Shown in pieces: positions 18,314 to 29,137 of a stretch of 64,000 bases of DNA; position 1 is the first letter of the stretch; every line of letters begins with the position of its first letter. This DNA is from Arcobacteraceae bacterium (GTDB lineage: Bacteria; Campylobacterota; Campylobacteria; Campylobacterales; Arcobacteraceae), in the NCBI GenBank assembly GCA_048268245.1, contig JBLWVX010000006.1, positions 32,001 to 96,000 of the forward strand, read 5' to 3'. A program made the translations under genes and the position numbers. The notes under the pieces were generated by a model. That model was given only the letters and a program-made list of their open reading frames with translations. It made no database searches and had not been told where the DNA came from.

Positions 18314-20995
18314 TTATTTTAAGTCTTGCCACGACTCTCCTACGCATACTGACACTTTTAGAGGTATTTTTAATTTATAAATATTTTCCATAATTTTTTG
18401 TAAATCAGAAGTTATTTTTTCTATTTCCTCTTTTTTTATTTCAAAAATAAGTTCATCATGTATTTGTAATAACATTCTTATGTTTTCATTATTTCCATAT
18501 TTTTTAAATATTTCAAGCATTGATAGTTTAATTAAATCTGCTGCACTTCCTTGAAAAAGTGTATTTACAGACTCTCTTAAATATGCAGCTTTTTGCATTC
18601 CATTTGCTGAATTAAAATCAAATAGTCTCTTTCTTTTAATTAAAGTTTCTACAAAACCATTTTCATATGCAAAATCTTCTATTGATTTTAAATAGTTCTT
18701 TACATTTTTAAAAGCTTCAAAATATGACTCAATATATACTTTTGCTTCTTTTGATGAAATTCCTAATGTATCGCCAAGTTTTTTACTTCCCATTCCATAC
18801 AACAATCCAAAGTTAATTGATTTAGCAATTGATCTTTTTGCATCAGCCTCTTCTTCACCAAATATTTTAACAGCTGTTTGTCTGTGAATATCTAAGTTGT
18901 GATTAAAAGCTTCTACTAAAGCATCATCTTCACTAAAGTGTGCAAGAAGTCTTAGTTCAATTTGTGAATAGTCAATACCAACTAATCTATACCCATCTTG
19001 AGGAATAAAGGCTTTTCTTATTTGGTTTCCTACTTTACTTCTTACTGGAATATTTTGTAAATTAGGGTTTTTAGAACTTAATCTTCCTGTTGCTGTACCT
19101 GTTTGTAAAAATGAAGTATGAATTTTGCTTTCTTTATTTTCCAAAGCTAGTTTTAAAAGAGGTTCTAAATATGTAGATTGTAGTTTGTATGCTTCTCTAT
19201 ATTCTAGTAGTAAGGGAATAATATCATGTTGGTCTTCTAGTTTATGTAATACAACTTCATTTGTACTGTATCCTGATTTTGTTTTTTTAACAACAGGAAG
19301 ATCTAATGTTTCAAATAAGATTACTCCTAACTGTTTTGGTGAATTAATATTAAATTCACTCCCAGCAAGTTCATATATCTTAGTAGTTAAATCATTAATG
19401 TGAATACTATTTTTCTCTTTTAGTTCTTTTAGAACGTCTGAATCAATTTTAACACCATTACTTTCCATATTTGCTAGTACTTTTATGAAATCAAATTCAT
19501 ACTTAAAAGCGATATCTAAAAGTTTACTATTTTCTTCATCTTTAAATAACTCTAATTGTTTATTAAATAGTTTTAAAGTCATTAGTGCATCTTCTGCTGC
19601 ATAATTACAAGCTTCATTTATATTTACATTTGAGAAGTTTTCACCTTTTTTTACAACATCTTTATAAGCAATCATCTTATGGTCAAAATATTTATCTACT
19701 TGATAATCAAGTCCAATTTTTTCAGCAGTATTTAACATCCATGATAAAATCATAGTATCAGCATATAAATTTAATTCTATACCTAAATTTTCTTTTACAA
19801 TTACATAGTCATATTTGTAGTTTTGTAAAACAAGTTTAAAGTCATTTAGTTTTTCAATTGCTTTTTTTGAAGTTTCTAAACTTATTTGCTCCCCTACGCC
19901 TAAATAAAAATGTGAAATAGGTGCATAGTAAGCTTTGTTTGTTTCGTATGCAAAAGAAAAACCTACAATCTTTGCATTTTTTGCATCTACATCAGTAGTT
20001 TCTGTATCAAAAGCTACAATAGAGTCTTTTGGAATTGAGTTAATTACTTCAAAAAGTTTAGCTTCTGTATCTAATAAAATATATTTATAATTTACTTTTA
20101 CTTTTGCTTCAGGTATTTTAGTTTTATAATTTAAACCATTTTTATTTACCCTATCTATAATTCTATTCATGTCATATTCATTTAGAATATCTGCAATTTT
20201 TAAAATAGGATTTTCTTCTGGTAATGTAAACTCTTCTAAATTATCTATACAGTGACAATTGTGACTTAATGTAACTAATTGCTTAGAAACAAATGCCATT
20301 TCTTTTCCATCAGTAAGTAGAGTTTTCCATCTTTTCTTCTCGATATTTTCTAAGTTAGCATAAATATTATCTAAAGTTCCATACTCTTTTATTAAAGCTT
20401 CTGCTGTTTTAGCACCTACTCCTTTAACTCCAGGAACATTATCAGCACTATCCCCTAATAATGATTGATAGTCTGTAAATTGATTAGGTCTAACACCATA
20501 TTTTGCATAACAGTTTTCTTCGTTGATAACAACTTTTTTAATAGGATCAAAAAGATAAATAGAGTCATCTTCTATAAGTTGGTATAAATCTTTATCGTGA
20601 GATACAATTCTAACTTCTAAATCTTTTTGTTTTGCATCATGTGCAATAGATGCAATAATATCATCTGCTTCAAAACCTGTTCTAATTGCAGTTTTAAAGC
20701 CCATTTTTTCAATCCAATCAATTGCAACTGGAAGTTGTGCTAATAAGTCTTGGGGTACATCAGGTCTGTGAGACTTATATTCAGGGTATATTTCACTTCT
20801 AAAGGTATCGCCTTTAGCATCAAGAGCGAAAACTAAGTAGTCTGTTTGAAAATCTTTACCTATATTTGATATAAAATTCATAAAACCAGTTAATAATCCT
20901 GTTGGAAAACCAGTTTTTGATTTTAGAGGTGGCAAAGCATAATAAGATCTAAATAAAAATCCAAATGTATCAATAACAGTAATAGTTTTTTTCAT
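18314..20995 (-). CDS. polA: DNA polymerase I
   Basis: 5'-3' exonuclease (EADD, GDSADN), DTET exonuclease, DYSQIELR and QIHDEL motifs. Confidence 0.98.
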   Translation of the reverse strand: MKKTITVIDTFGFLFRSYYALPPLKSKTGFPTGLLTGFMNFISNIGKDFQTDYLVFALDAKGDTFRSEIYPEYKSHRPDVPQDLLAQLPVAIDWIEKMGFKTAIRTGFEADDIIASIAHDAKQKDLEVRIVSHDKDLYQLIEDDSIYLFDPIKKVVINEENCYAKYGVRPNQFTDYQSLLGDSADNVPGVKGVGAKTAEALIKEYGTLDNIYANLENIEKKRWKTLLTDGKEMAFVSKQLVTLSHNCHCIDNLEEFTLPEENPILKIADILNEYDMNRIIDRVNKNGLNYKTKIPEAKVKVNYKYILLDTEAKLFEVINSIPKDSIVAFDTETTDVDAKNAKIVGFSFAYETNKAYYAPISHFYLGVGEQISLETSKKAIEKLNDFKLVLQNYKYDYVIVKENLGIELNLYADTMILSWMLNTAEKIGLDYQVDKYFDHKMIAYKDVVKKGENFSNVNINEACNYAAEDALMTLKLFNKQLELFKDEENSKLLDIAFKYEFDFIKVLANMESNGVKIDSDVLKELKEKNSIHINDLTTKIYELAGSEFNINSPKQLGVILFETLDLPVVKKTKSGYSTNEVVLHKLEDQHDIIPLLLEYREAYKLQSTYLEPLLKLALENKESKIHTSFLQTGTATGRLSSKNPNLQNIPVRSKVGNQIRKAFIPQDGYRLVGIDYSQIELRLLAHFSEDDALVEAFNHNLDIHRQTAVKIFGEEEADAKRSIAKSINFGLLYGMGSKKLGDTLGISSKEAKVYIESYFEAFKNVKNYLKSIEDFAYENGFVETLIKRKRLFDFNSANGMQKAAYLRESVNTLFQGSAADLIKLSMLEIFKKYGNNENIRMLLQIHDELIFEIKKEEIEKITSDLQKIMENIYKLKIPLKVSVCVGESWQDLK

Positions 20996-21081
20996 TAATT
21001 TCTTCTTTCATAGTCGTATTTAAAGATAATATATTATAATATGTACACTAAAAATAAGGTTTTACAAGATAAGGAATTAAA

Positions 21082-21807
21082 ATGATTATTATACCTGCAA
21101 GATTAAACTCTAGTAGATTTGAAAATAAAATATTAGTTGATATTATGGGCTTACCAATGGTGATTAAAACAGCTAGACAAGTAAGTTCATTAGATACAGT
21201 TGTAATTGCAACTGATTCACAAGAAGTAATTGATCTTGCAAAAGAGCATGGTTTTGATGCTGTTATGACATCAAGTGAACATCAAAGTGGAACAGATAGA
21301 ATTAATGAGGCTGTAAATAAACTAAATTTAGATGAGAATGAAATTATAGTTAATGTTCAAGCAGATGAACCTTTTATAGAAACACAAGTTGTGGAGTCTG
21401 TTATAAATAGAGTAAAAGAGGTAATTGAAAATGATGAAGATGTTATGATTACTTCTTGTTATAAAAAGATTAGTTCTGAACTTGCAGATGATCCAAACCA
21501 TGTTAAAGTGGTATTAGATGAGTTGGGAAATGCAATATATTTCTCTAGAGCAAAAGTACCATACCATAGAGACCACTATGATAATTCAAGTTATTATGGT
21601 CATTTAGGTATTTATGGATTTACAAAAAAATCTTTAAACGCATTTTGTGAGTTAAATCCATCGAAATTAGAAGCTATTGAAAAGTTAGAACAATTAAGAG
21701 CAATAGATAATGGAAATAAAATTGCTATGGTTCAAGTGGAGTCTAAATCTTTTGGTATAGATACACAGGAAGATTTAAATAACGCACTTAAGATATTTGG
21801 TAAATAA
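21082..21807 (+). CDS. kdsB: 3-deoxy-manno-octulosonate cytidylyltransferase
   Basis: IIPAR, SGTDR, NVQADEP, YFSR and LEQLRA motifs. Confidence 0.96.
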   Translation: MIIIPARLNSSRFENKILVDIMGLPMVIKTARQVSSLDTVVIATDSQEVIDLAKEHGFDAVMTSSEHQSGTDRINEAVNKLNLDENEIIVNVQADEPFIETQVVESVINRVKEVIENDEDVMITSCYKKISSELADDPNHVKVVLDELGNAIYFSRAKVPYHRDHYDNSSYYGHLGIYGFTKKSLNAFCELNPSKLEAIEKLEQLRAIDNGNKIAMVQVESKSFGIDTQEDLNNALKIFGK

Positions 21808-21903
21808 TTTAAAATTCATAGTTTTATTCGAACCACAGCTATAAAAGTGATTTTAAAGCAATTTTATGTAAAACTATTAAAAGTAATAATATTAAGGTAA
21901 AAA

Positions 21904-23865
21904 ATGCATTTTAGTGTCTTGATAGCTGATAAGAATCTTGAAGATTATTTAGGATTTAATCAGCATATTAAAAAATATACTAATGATATAACAATTAACT
22001 ATTCTACAACTAGTAAAGAAGTTCTTTTTAATTTAGAGAATAAAAACTTACTTGTATTGAATACAAACATTAGTAAATATGAACAAATTACACAAAGATG
22101 TAAACAGTTAGATATAGCAATACTATTAATTTGTGAGAATGAAATATCTAGAAAAGAGTATGATTACTTATTAACACCTATTGATTATGATGAATTATAC
22201 TTCAAGCTTGAAAACTACAATAGTTTACATGTAAAAGATATTCAAATAAAAAAAGAACAAGAGCTTTCTAGTTCTATTATAAACAATATTAATAACCCTT
22301 TATTTTTAACAGATGGCAAAAATGTTATTTTCTCTAATCAATACTTTAATCAATTAACATCTTGTCAAAATGAAGATGAGATAAATACAAAGTATAAAAA
22401 AATCTCAAATATTTTTGAGAATGAACCTGAGTGTATGCAAAAAGGCGATGACAGTTGGTTAGAGAAAACGGAAAGAGAAGACAATAAAGTTTGTATTATT
22501 GATAAGGGTAAAAAAAAATATTTCACTATACAAAAAATTTTCCTTGCTCATAATCATACAAATATTATTCTTCTAAATGATATCTCTCATGAGATAAAGT
22601 ATAAAAATGATTTATATAATCTTCTTTATACTGATAATCTAACTTCTTTACCAAATAGAGCTAAATTAATTGATAGCTTACAACATAATAGACTAAATTT
22701 AGATGCCATTTCAATTTTTGATATTAATTCATTTAAAGAGATAAATGACTTCTTTGGTCATAGAATTGGGGATGATATATTAAAAGGTGTTGGTGAGTTA
22801 ATTTACAATTGTATTAAAGATTATAAGCAACTAAGTCTATACAAGTTTCCTGCTGATACTTATTGTATTACTAATACAAATTTAGAACAAGATAAGTTTT
22901 TAGAAATTGTTCAAAATATTTCAGAAGAAGTTTATAAAAAAGTGTTCTATTATGAACAATATGAAATTGATGTTAGAATTACAGCTGGTATTTCTTTTTC
23001 AAATAAAAACAATAAACTTATTACTGCAGATATTGCATTGCAAAGTGCAAAAAAAGACCATAAAGACTATTTAGTATTTTATGATGAATTAGATAAATTT
23101 CAAGAGTATGAAAATAATATGTTGTGGTCTAAAAAACTAAAAAACGCATTTAATAATGACAAGATTGTAGTATTTTATCAACCGCTTATAAATAATAAGA
23201 CAATGAAAGTTGATAAATATGAGTGTTTAGTTAGACTTATTGATGAAGACGGAAAGGTAATATCTCCATTTTTCTTCTTGGATATATCTAAAAAATCTAA
23301 CCAATATATAAAACTTACGAAAATTGTAATAGAAAAGTCTTTTAAAAAGTTTTCTGATTTACCTTTTGAGTTTTCTGTTAATATATCTTATGAAGATATT
23401 GTAGACTCAGAGTTTTTAGATTTTATAAAAGAAAAAATTAAAAAATATAATGTCTCAAATAAAGTTGTATTTGAAATACTTGAAGATGAGAATGTTAAAA
23501 ACTATGAGTTGTTAATTAACTTTGTTGATGAGATAAAATCTTTAGGATGTAAAGTAGCTATTGATGATTTTGGTAGTGGGTATTCTAATTTTGAGCATTT
23601 ATTAAAAATGAATGTTGATTATTTAAAAATAGATGCTTCATTGATTAAAAATATTGCAGTTGATGAAAACTCTTTTAAAATCACTAAAACTATAGTAGAA
23701 TTTGCTAAGAACTTAAATCTAAAAACTATTGCAGAGTTTGTTGAGAATAAAGAGATATTTGATATTACAAAAGAGTTGGGAACTGACTTTTCACAAGGTT
23801 ACTATTTTTCAGCTCCAATAGCAGAACCTAATTTGTATGAGTTTACAGGAGAGAACAATGAATAA
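21904..23865 (+). CDS. GGDEF(degenerate)-EAL c-di-GMP phosphodiesterase
   Basis: GGDEF replaced by PADTY; EAL domain ECLVR, DDFGSGYS, KID, EFVE, QGYY. Confidence 0.88.
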   Translation: MHFSVLIADKNLEDYLGFNQHIKKYTNDITINYSTTSKEVLFNLENKNLLVLNTNISKYEQITQRCKQLDIAILLICENEISRKEYDYLLTPIDYDELYFKLENYNSLHVKDIQIKKEQELSSSIINNINNPLFLTDGKNVIFSNQYFNQLTSCQNEDEINTKYKKISNIFENEPECMQKGDDSWLEKTEREDNKVCIIDKGKKKYFTIQKIFLAHNHTNIILLNDISHEIKYKNDLYNLLYTDNLTSLPNRAKLIDSLQHNRLNLDAISIFDINSFKEINDFFGHRIGDDILKGVGELIYNCIKDYKQLSLYKFPADTYCITNTNLEQDKFLEIVQNISEEVYKKVFYYEQYEIDVRITAGISFSNKNNKLITADIALQSAKKDHKDYLVFYDELDKFQEYENNMLWSKKLKNAFNNDKIVVFYQPLINNKTMKVDKYECLVRLIDEDGKVISPFFFLDISKKSNQYIKLTKIVIEKSFKKFSDLPFEFSVNISYEDIVDSEFLDFIKEKIKKYNVSNKVVFEILEDENVKNYELLINFVDEIKSLGCKVAIDDFGSGYSNFEHLLKMNVDYLKIDASLIKNIAVDENSFKITKTIVEFAKNLNLKTIAEFVENKEIFDITKELGTDFSQGYYFSAPIAEPNLYEFTGENNE

Positions 23866-25177
23866 AGAGATTTTAGAGAACATCTCTGTTTTATATGTAG
23901 AAGATGAAAATGATGTAAGAGAGTTTACAGCTAAACTTTTAGGTTCATTGGTAAAAAAAGTTTATGCAGCTGCAAATGGTTTAGAAGGTTTAGAAACTTT
24001 TAAAGAAAACTCATCTGATATTGATTTGATTGTATCTGATATTAATATGCCTAAAATGGATGGCCTTGAGATGTGTACACAAATCAAGGAAATAAGCAAA
24101 GAAATCCCAATTGTAATTACAAGTGCACATAACGACCCTAACTTTTTAAAAAGAGCTATAGATGTAGGTGTTAATACTTATGCTATGAAACCTATTGACT
24201 TATACCAGTTAGTTGAAAGTATGATAAAAGCAATTGAACCAATTTTGTTAAAAAGAGAGTTAGAGCAATTAAATATTTCATTAGAATCAAGAGTGGAACA
24301 AGAAGTTCAAAAATTAAAATCAATACTTGATGCACAAGATAACATAGTAATTGTTACAAATAATGATACTCTATCAAATGTAAATAAGAAATTCTTAGAG
24401 TTCTTTAAAGTAAGTAGTATTGAAGAATTTATCTCAAAAACAGCTAATATTTATGACTTATTCCAAGAAGAGTATGGTTTTATTACAAAAGATTTATTGC
24501 AAAAACAAGATTGCTGGATAAGTTATATTAAAAAACTTCCTGAAATAGATAGAGTTGTAAAAATAAAGAATTCAAACGATGAAGAAAGAATTTTTACTGT
24601 TAATATTGATAATTATGATGAAAAAGACAACTATTATGTATTGTCATTGACTGATATTACTGAATTAAAAGAGAAATCAAATCTTTTAGAGTATCAAGCA
24701 AGTCATGACTCTTTAACAGGTCTTAATAATAGAAATAAATTTAAAGAAATATATGGAAAAGAAATAAGAAGAGGTTTTAGATATAAGAATGATTTATCTT
24801 TAATAATTTTTGATTTAGACTTCTTTAAAAATATAAATGATACTTATGGCCATCAAATAGGTGACGAAGTATTAAAAGATATTTCACAAGTAGTTTTAGG
24901 AAATGTTAGAGAACATGATATTGTTGTTAGATGGGGTGGAGAAGAGTTTTTAATTTTACTTCCAGAAACTTCATTAGAAGGCTCTTTAAATGTTGCCCAA
25001 AAGATAAGAATGGCAATAGAAGATAAAGAGTTTAGTTCTAAGAATCTAAAATTAACTGCTAGTTTTGGTATTGCTTCTTTAAAAGATGGAGATGATGAAA
25101 GTACACTTCTTGAAAGAACTGATGAGGCTTTATATGAAGCTAAAAAATCAGGTAGAAATAAAGTAGTTGTAAACTAA
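23837..25177 (+). CDS. REC-PAS-GGDEF diguanylate cyclase (true start probably the Met of MNKEIL)
   Basis: YVEDE/DINMP receiver; RWGGEEF active site with REHD I-site. Confidence 0.9.
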   Translation: MSLQERTMNKEILENISVLYVEDENDVREFTAKLLGSLVKKVYAAANGLEGLETFKENSSDIDLIVSDINMPKMDGLEMCTQIKEISKEIPIVITSAHNDPNFLKRAIDVGVNTYAMKPIDLYQLVESMIKAIEPILLKRELEQLNISLESRVEQEVQKLKSILDAQDNIVIVTNNDTLSNVNKKFLEFFKVSSIEEFISKTANIYDLFQEEYGFITKDLLQKQDCWISYIKKLPEIDRVVKIKNSNDEERIFTVNIDNYDEKDNYYVLSLTDITELKEKSNLLEYQASHDSLTGLNNRNKFKEIYGKEIRRGFRYKNDLSLIIFDLDFFKNINDTYGHQIGDEVLKDISQVVLGNVREHDIVVRWGGEEFLILLPETSLEGSLNVAQKIRMAIEDKEFSSKNLKLTASFGIASLKDGDDESTLLERTDEALYEAKKSGRNKVVVN

Positions 25178-25190
25178 GAAGATTTTAACA

Positions 25191-25916
25191 TTAGAAGTTA
25201 AAATCTTCACCTAAGTAGTGTTCTCTTACTTTATCATCGTTTCTTATTTCTTCACTAGTACCACTTGAAAGAAGTGCTCCTGCTTTCATAACATATGCTC
25301 TATCACAAATCTGTAAAGTCTCTCTAACATTATGATCTGTAATTAAAACACCAATATTTATTTTTGTTAATTGTGAAATAATTTCTTGAATATCTTTTAC
25401 TGCAATTGGGTCAACCCCTGCAAAAGGTTCATCAAGTAATAAAAACTTTGGATGAGAAACTAGTGCTCTTGCAATTTCTGTTCTTCTTCTCTCCCCACCT
25501 GATAGTGATACACCTTTTCTTTGACGAATTGGTTCAATATTAAATATTTCAAGTAACTCTTCAACTCTTTTGTGTTGCTCTTCCTTATCATCAGTCACAA
25601 TTTGAGCTGCTAACATAAGATTGTCTTCTACAGATAAGTCTTTAAAAATAGATGATTCTTGAGGTAAGTAACCTATTCCTTTTAAAGCTCTTTTATGTAA
25701 AGGTAAATGAGTTATTTCTTTGTCATCAAAATATACATCACCTGAACTTGGTTTTACTAAACCACAAACAGTATAGAATGTTGTAGTTTTACCAGCACCA
25801 TTTGGACCTAATAATCCAATAATTTCTCCAGAGTTTACTTCTAAAGAAATACCATGTAAAATTTCAGTTTTTTTAATGGTTTTTGTTATATCTTTAATAT
25901 GTAGTTTATGATTCAA
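25191..25916 (-). CDS. lptB: LPS export ABC ATPase
   Basis: GPNGAGKT, YLPQESSIF, LSGGERRR, DEPFAGVDP and ITDHNVRE motifs. Confidence 0.96.
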   Translation of the reverse strand: MNHKLHIKDITKTIKKTEILHGISLEVNSGEIIGLLGPNGAGKTTTFYTVCGLVKPSSGDVYFDDKEITHLPLHKRALKGIGYLPQESSIFKDLSVEDNLMLAAQIVTDDKEEQHKRVEELLEIFNIEPIRQRKGVSLSGGERRRTEIARALVSHPKFLLLDEPFAGVDPIAVKDIQEIISQLTKINIGVLITDHNVRETLQICDRAYVMKAGALLSSGTSEEIRNDDKVREHYLGEDFNF

Positions 25917-26322
25917 TTGTATATAACCTTTTATTGTCTTTTTTATCTATATTTATTACTAAAACTTCGTAGCCATACTCATTTAGTATTTCTTGAAGTT
26001 TTTTATCTCCCCATTCAACAAAATGAATTCCACTTTTTTCAAACTCTTCTAGCATTCCTAGTGAGATAAACTCTTCTAGTGTTTTATTGTAAACATCATA
26101 ATGATATATTTTATCAGAGTAGATAGATTGTAATGAAAAGGTTGGAGAAGTTACTAAATCATCTAGTCCTAAGTTTTGTACGTAATTTTTAACAAGTGTA
26201 GTTTTACCACTTGCTAAATCACCTCTTAATATTATAATACAATCCTTATTATTTAAGATTGATTTTAAATAAGAGCATAATTCTTTTAGTTGGTTTTCTT
26301 TTAATTCAAACTCTTTAGTCAA
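25906..26322 (-). CDS. tsaE: tRNA threonylcarbamoyladenosine biosynthesis ATPase
   Basis: GDLASGKT, SPTF, HYDVY and VEW motifs. Confidence 0.93.
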   Translation of the reverse strand: MTKEFELKENQLKELCSYLKSILNNKDCIIILRGDLASGKTTLVKNYVQNLGLDDLVTSPTFSLQSIYSDKIYHYDVYNKTLEEFISLGMLEEFEKSGIHFVEWGDKKLQEILNEYGYEVLVINIDKKDNKRLYTIES

Positions 26323-26334
26323 TTTTTATTCCAC

Positions 26335-27318
26335 TTAATTTAATTGATTTGATATTTTAATAAGCTCTTCTAGCTTTTCTTTTGCTTTTCCACTTTTAAT
26401 TGTATCTTTAGCAATTTCAATACCTTCTTTTATATCTCTTGCTTTTTCATCTACTATTAAAGCAACAGCAGTATTTATAAGAACTATATCAAGTTTTGGT
26501 CCAATTATTTCATCAAATAAAATTGCTCTTGTTGTCATTGCATTTTCTTTTGCATCACCACCAACAATATACTCTTTTGGTGCTAGTTTTAAACCGAATT
26601 CTTCAGGATCAATTTCAAAGTCTTCAATTTTACCATTTATTAATGATGTAGCATAAGAAATATCAGAAATAGATACTTCATCCATTCCATCTTTTGAAGA
26701 AACAATTATTGATCTTTTTGTATCAAGCATATCTAAAGCATATGCAATTTTGTTTATATAAGTTTTGTCAAATACTCCTATAAGTTGCTTTGATACCGTT
26801 GCAGGGTTTGATAAAGGTCCTAAGATATTGAAAATAGTTCTATGTGGGATTGATTTTCTAATAGGCATGATATATTTCATAGCAGGATGATGATTTTGTG
26901 CAAACATAAAACAAAAGTTTGAATCTTCAAGCATTTTAGCTGAGTTTTCAAGTGACATTTCAAGATTTATACCTAAAGCCTCAAGCATATCAGCACTACC
27001 ACTTTTACTTGTAATACTTCTATTTCCATGTTTTGCTACATATGAACCACTAGCAGCTAATAATATTGATACAGTTGTAGAGATATTAAAAGAGTTTGAT
27101 TTATCTCCTCCTGTACCACAATTATCGATTAGTTTTTCTTTTATACTGTAGTGAACAGGAAGAGGAATCAAATGATCTCTCATAGCACTAGCAGCTCCTG
27201 CAATCTCTGCAGCAGTTTCGCCTCTTTCATAAAGTTCAATTAAATAATCTCTTACTTCTTCTTGTGGTAATCTATTTTCAAAAATATCATCAAATTTTAA
27301 TTTTGCACTATTAAACAT
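26335..27318 (-). CDS. trpD: Anthranilate phosphoribosyltransferase
   Basis: CGTGGD, FNIST, KHGNRS, SGSAD and FNILGP motifs. Confidence 0.96.
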   Translation of the reverse strand: MFNSAKLKFDDIFENRLPQEEVRDYLIELYERGETAAEIAGAASAMRDHLIPLPVHYSIKEKLIDNCGTGGDKSNSFNISTTVSILLAASGSYVAKHGNRSITSKSGSADMLEALGINLEMSLENSAKMLEDSNFCFMFAQNHHPAMKYIMPIRKSIPHRTIFNILGPLSNPATVSKQLIGVFDKTYINKIAYALDMLDTKRSIIVSSKDGMDEVSISDISYATSLINGKIEDFEIDPEEFGLKLAPKEYIVGGDAKENAMTTRAILFDEIIGPKLDIVLINTAVALIVDEKARDIKEGIEIAKDTIKSGKAKEKLEELIKISNQLN

Positions 27319-27320
27319 AT

Positions 27321-27572
27321 TTATCCTTCTATTTTCTTTACGTACTCTTCCATTTTAGATTTAGGTGTAGATTTTGATGTAGGTATTTGTAGAACTTCAA
27401 ATTTATCACTTCTTTCAAGATATTTAATCTCAATTAAATCCCCTACTTTTACCTCTTTTGCTTTTTTAACAGCTTGATTGTTAATAAAAACAACTTTATG
27501 TTCAAGCATATCTTCAGCAACTGCTCTTCTTTTTGTAATATTTACGGCGTTTAAAAATTTATCTATTCTCAT
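27321..27572 (-). CDS. S4-domain RNA-binding protein (YabO/Hsp15-like)
   Basis: MRIDKFL...KRR...KEVKVGD. Confidence 0.9.
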   Translation of the reverse strand: MRIDKFLNAVNITKRRAVAEDMLEHKVVFINNQAVKKAKEVKVGDLIEIKYLERSDKFEVLQIPTSKSTPKSKMEEYVKKIEG

Positions 27573-27718
27573 AAGAGAGATTATATCTAATTATTATTAA
27601 AAGTGCTTTTTATACACTAAATATTAAGTAAAGGTTAATAATATGTTTAAATTATTTTATAGTTATATTTAGATATAATATATGCTTAAAATTTATATGA
27701 AATCATAGGATAAATTAA

Positions 27719-28966
27719 ATGAGTAAAAAAGATGTTAAAAAAGTTGTATTAGCTTATAGTGGTGGGCTAGATACTTCTACTATTTTAAAATGGCTTCAAG
27801 ACGAGTATAATGCTGAAGTTATTACTTTTACTGCTGACTTAGGTCAAGGTGAAGAAGTTGAACCTGCAAGAGAAAAAGCTTTAGCTTGTGGAATTAAACC
27901 TGAAAATATTTTTATTTTAGATATCAAAGAAGAGTTTGTTAAAGATTACGTATTCCCAATGTTTAGAGCAAATGCAATTTATGAAGGTGAATATTTATTA
28001 GGTACGTCAATTGCTAGACCTTTAATTGCTAAAAAGCAAATTGAAATTGCAAATAAAATGGGTGCAGATGCAGTATCTCATGGTGCTACTGGAAAAGGAA
28101 ATGACCAAGTAAGATTTGAACTTGGATACTTAGGATTAAATCCTGATATTACTGTTATTGCTCCTTGGAGAGAATGGGATTTAAATTCAAGAGAAAAATT
28201 ATTAGCATATGCAAGAGAGCATGGAATTGAAATTGATAAGAAACACTTAGATGAAAATGGAAATCCAGCAATTTCTCCTTATTCTATGGATGCAAACTTA
28301 CTTCATATTTCTTATGAAGGTTTATCATTAGAAAATCCAAATGCAGAACCAGAAGAATCAATGTGGTTATGGACTAATTCCCCTGAAGAAGCACCAAATG
28401 AAGCTGAATATATTACAATTTCATATAAAAATGGTGATCCTATTGCTATTAATGGTGAAGAAATGTCACCTGCAACTATCTTAGAGACTTTAAATAAATA
28501 TGGAAATAAACACGGTATTGGAAGAATCGATATCGTTGAAAATAGATATGTTGGAATGAAAGCTAGAGGTTGTTATGAAACTCCAGGTGGAACTATCATG
28601 TTAAAAGCACATAGAGCAATTGAATCAATTACATTAGATAGAGAAGCTTCTCACTTAAAAGATGAACTAATGCCTAAATATGCTAAGTTAATTTACCAAG
28701 GATATTGGTTCTCTCCTGAAAGAGAAATGATGCAAGCAGCTATTGATAAAACACAAGAAAATGTAGAAGGTACAGTAAGATTAAAACTTTATAAAGGTAA
28801 TGTTATTGTAGTTGGAAGAGAATCAGAAAAATCTTTATTCTCAGAAGCACACTCTACATTTGAAGAAGATGAAGTATATAATCAAAAAGATGCAGAAGGA
28901 TTTATTAGACTTAATGCACTAAGATTTATAATTTCTGGTGAAAATAAAAAATACTATCATTTATAA
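27719..28966 (+). CDS. argG: Argininosuccinate synthase
   Basis: [22 protein letters not shown] and YETPG motifs. Confidence 0.98.
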   Translation: MSKKDVKKVVLAYSGGLDTSTILKWLQDEYNAEVITFTADLGQGEEVEPAREKALACGIKPENIFILDIKEEFVKDYVFPMFRANAIYEGEYLLGTSIARPLIAKKQIEIANKMGADAVSHGATGKGNDQVRFELGYLGLNPDITVIAPWREWDLNSREKLLAYAREHGIEIDKKHLDENGNPAISPYSMDANLLHISYEGLSLENPNAEPEESMWLWTNSPEEAPNEAEYITISYKNGDPIAINGEEMSPATILETLNKYGNKHGIGRIDIVENRYVGMKARGCYETPGGTIMLKAHRAIESITLDREASHLKDELMPKYAKLIYQGYWFSPEREMMQAAIDKTQENVEGTVRLKLYKGNVIVVGRESEKSLFSEAHSTFEEDEVYNQKDAEGFIRLNALRFIISGENKKYYHL

Positions 28967-28997
28967 AAATATAAATAAATAATATTTATATTGCTTA

Positions 28998-29032
28998 CAA
29001 AAAGGGCATTTTTTACAAATGCCCTTTTTTTA
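28998..29032 (+). terminator. Rho-independent terminator after argG
   Basis: AAAAAGGGCATTT...AAATGCCCTTTTTTT. Confidence 0.85.
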
Positions 29033-29137
29033 TTATCAATAAAACCTATACCCAAACTTTTTATAGTAGCTAAAATGTAACTTTTTTAGGATATAATATT
29101 ATATGTATTTATATAATTTAGAAAAAAGTGAAAATAA

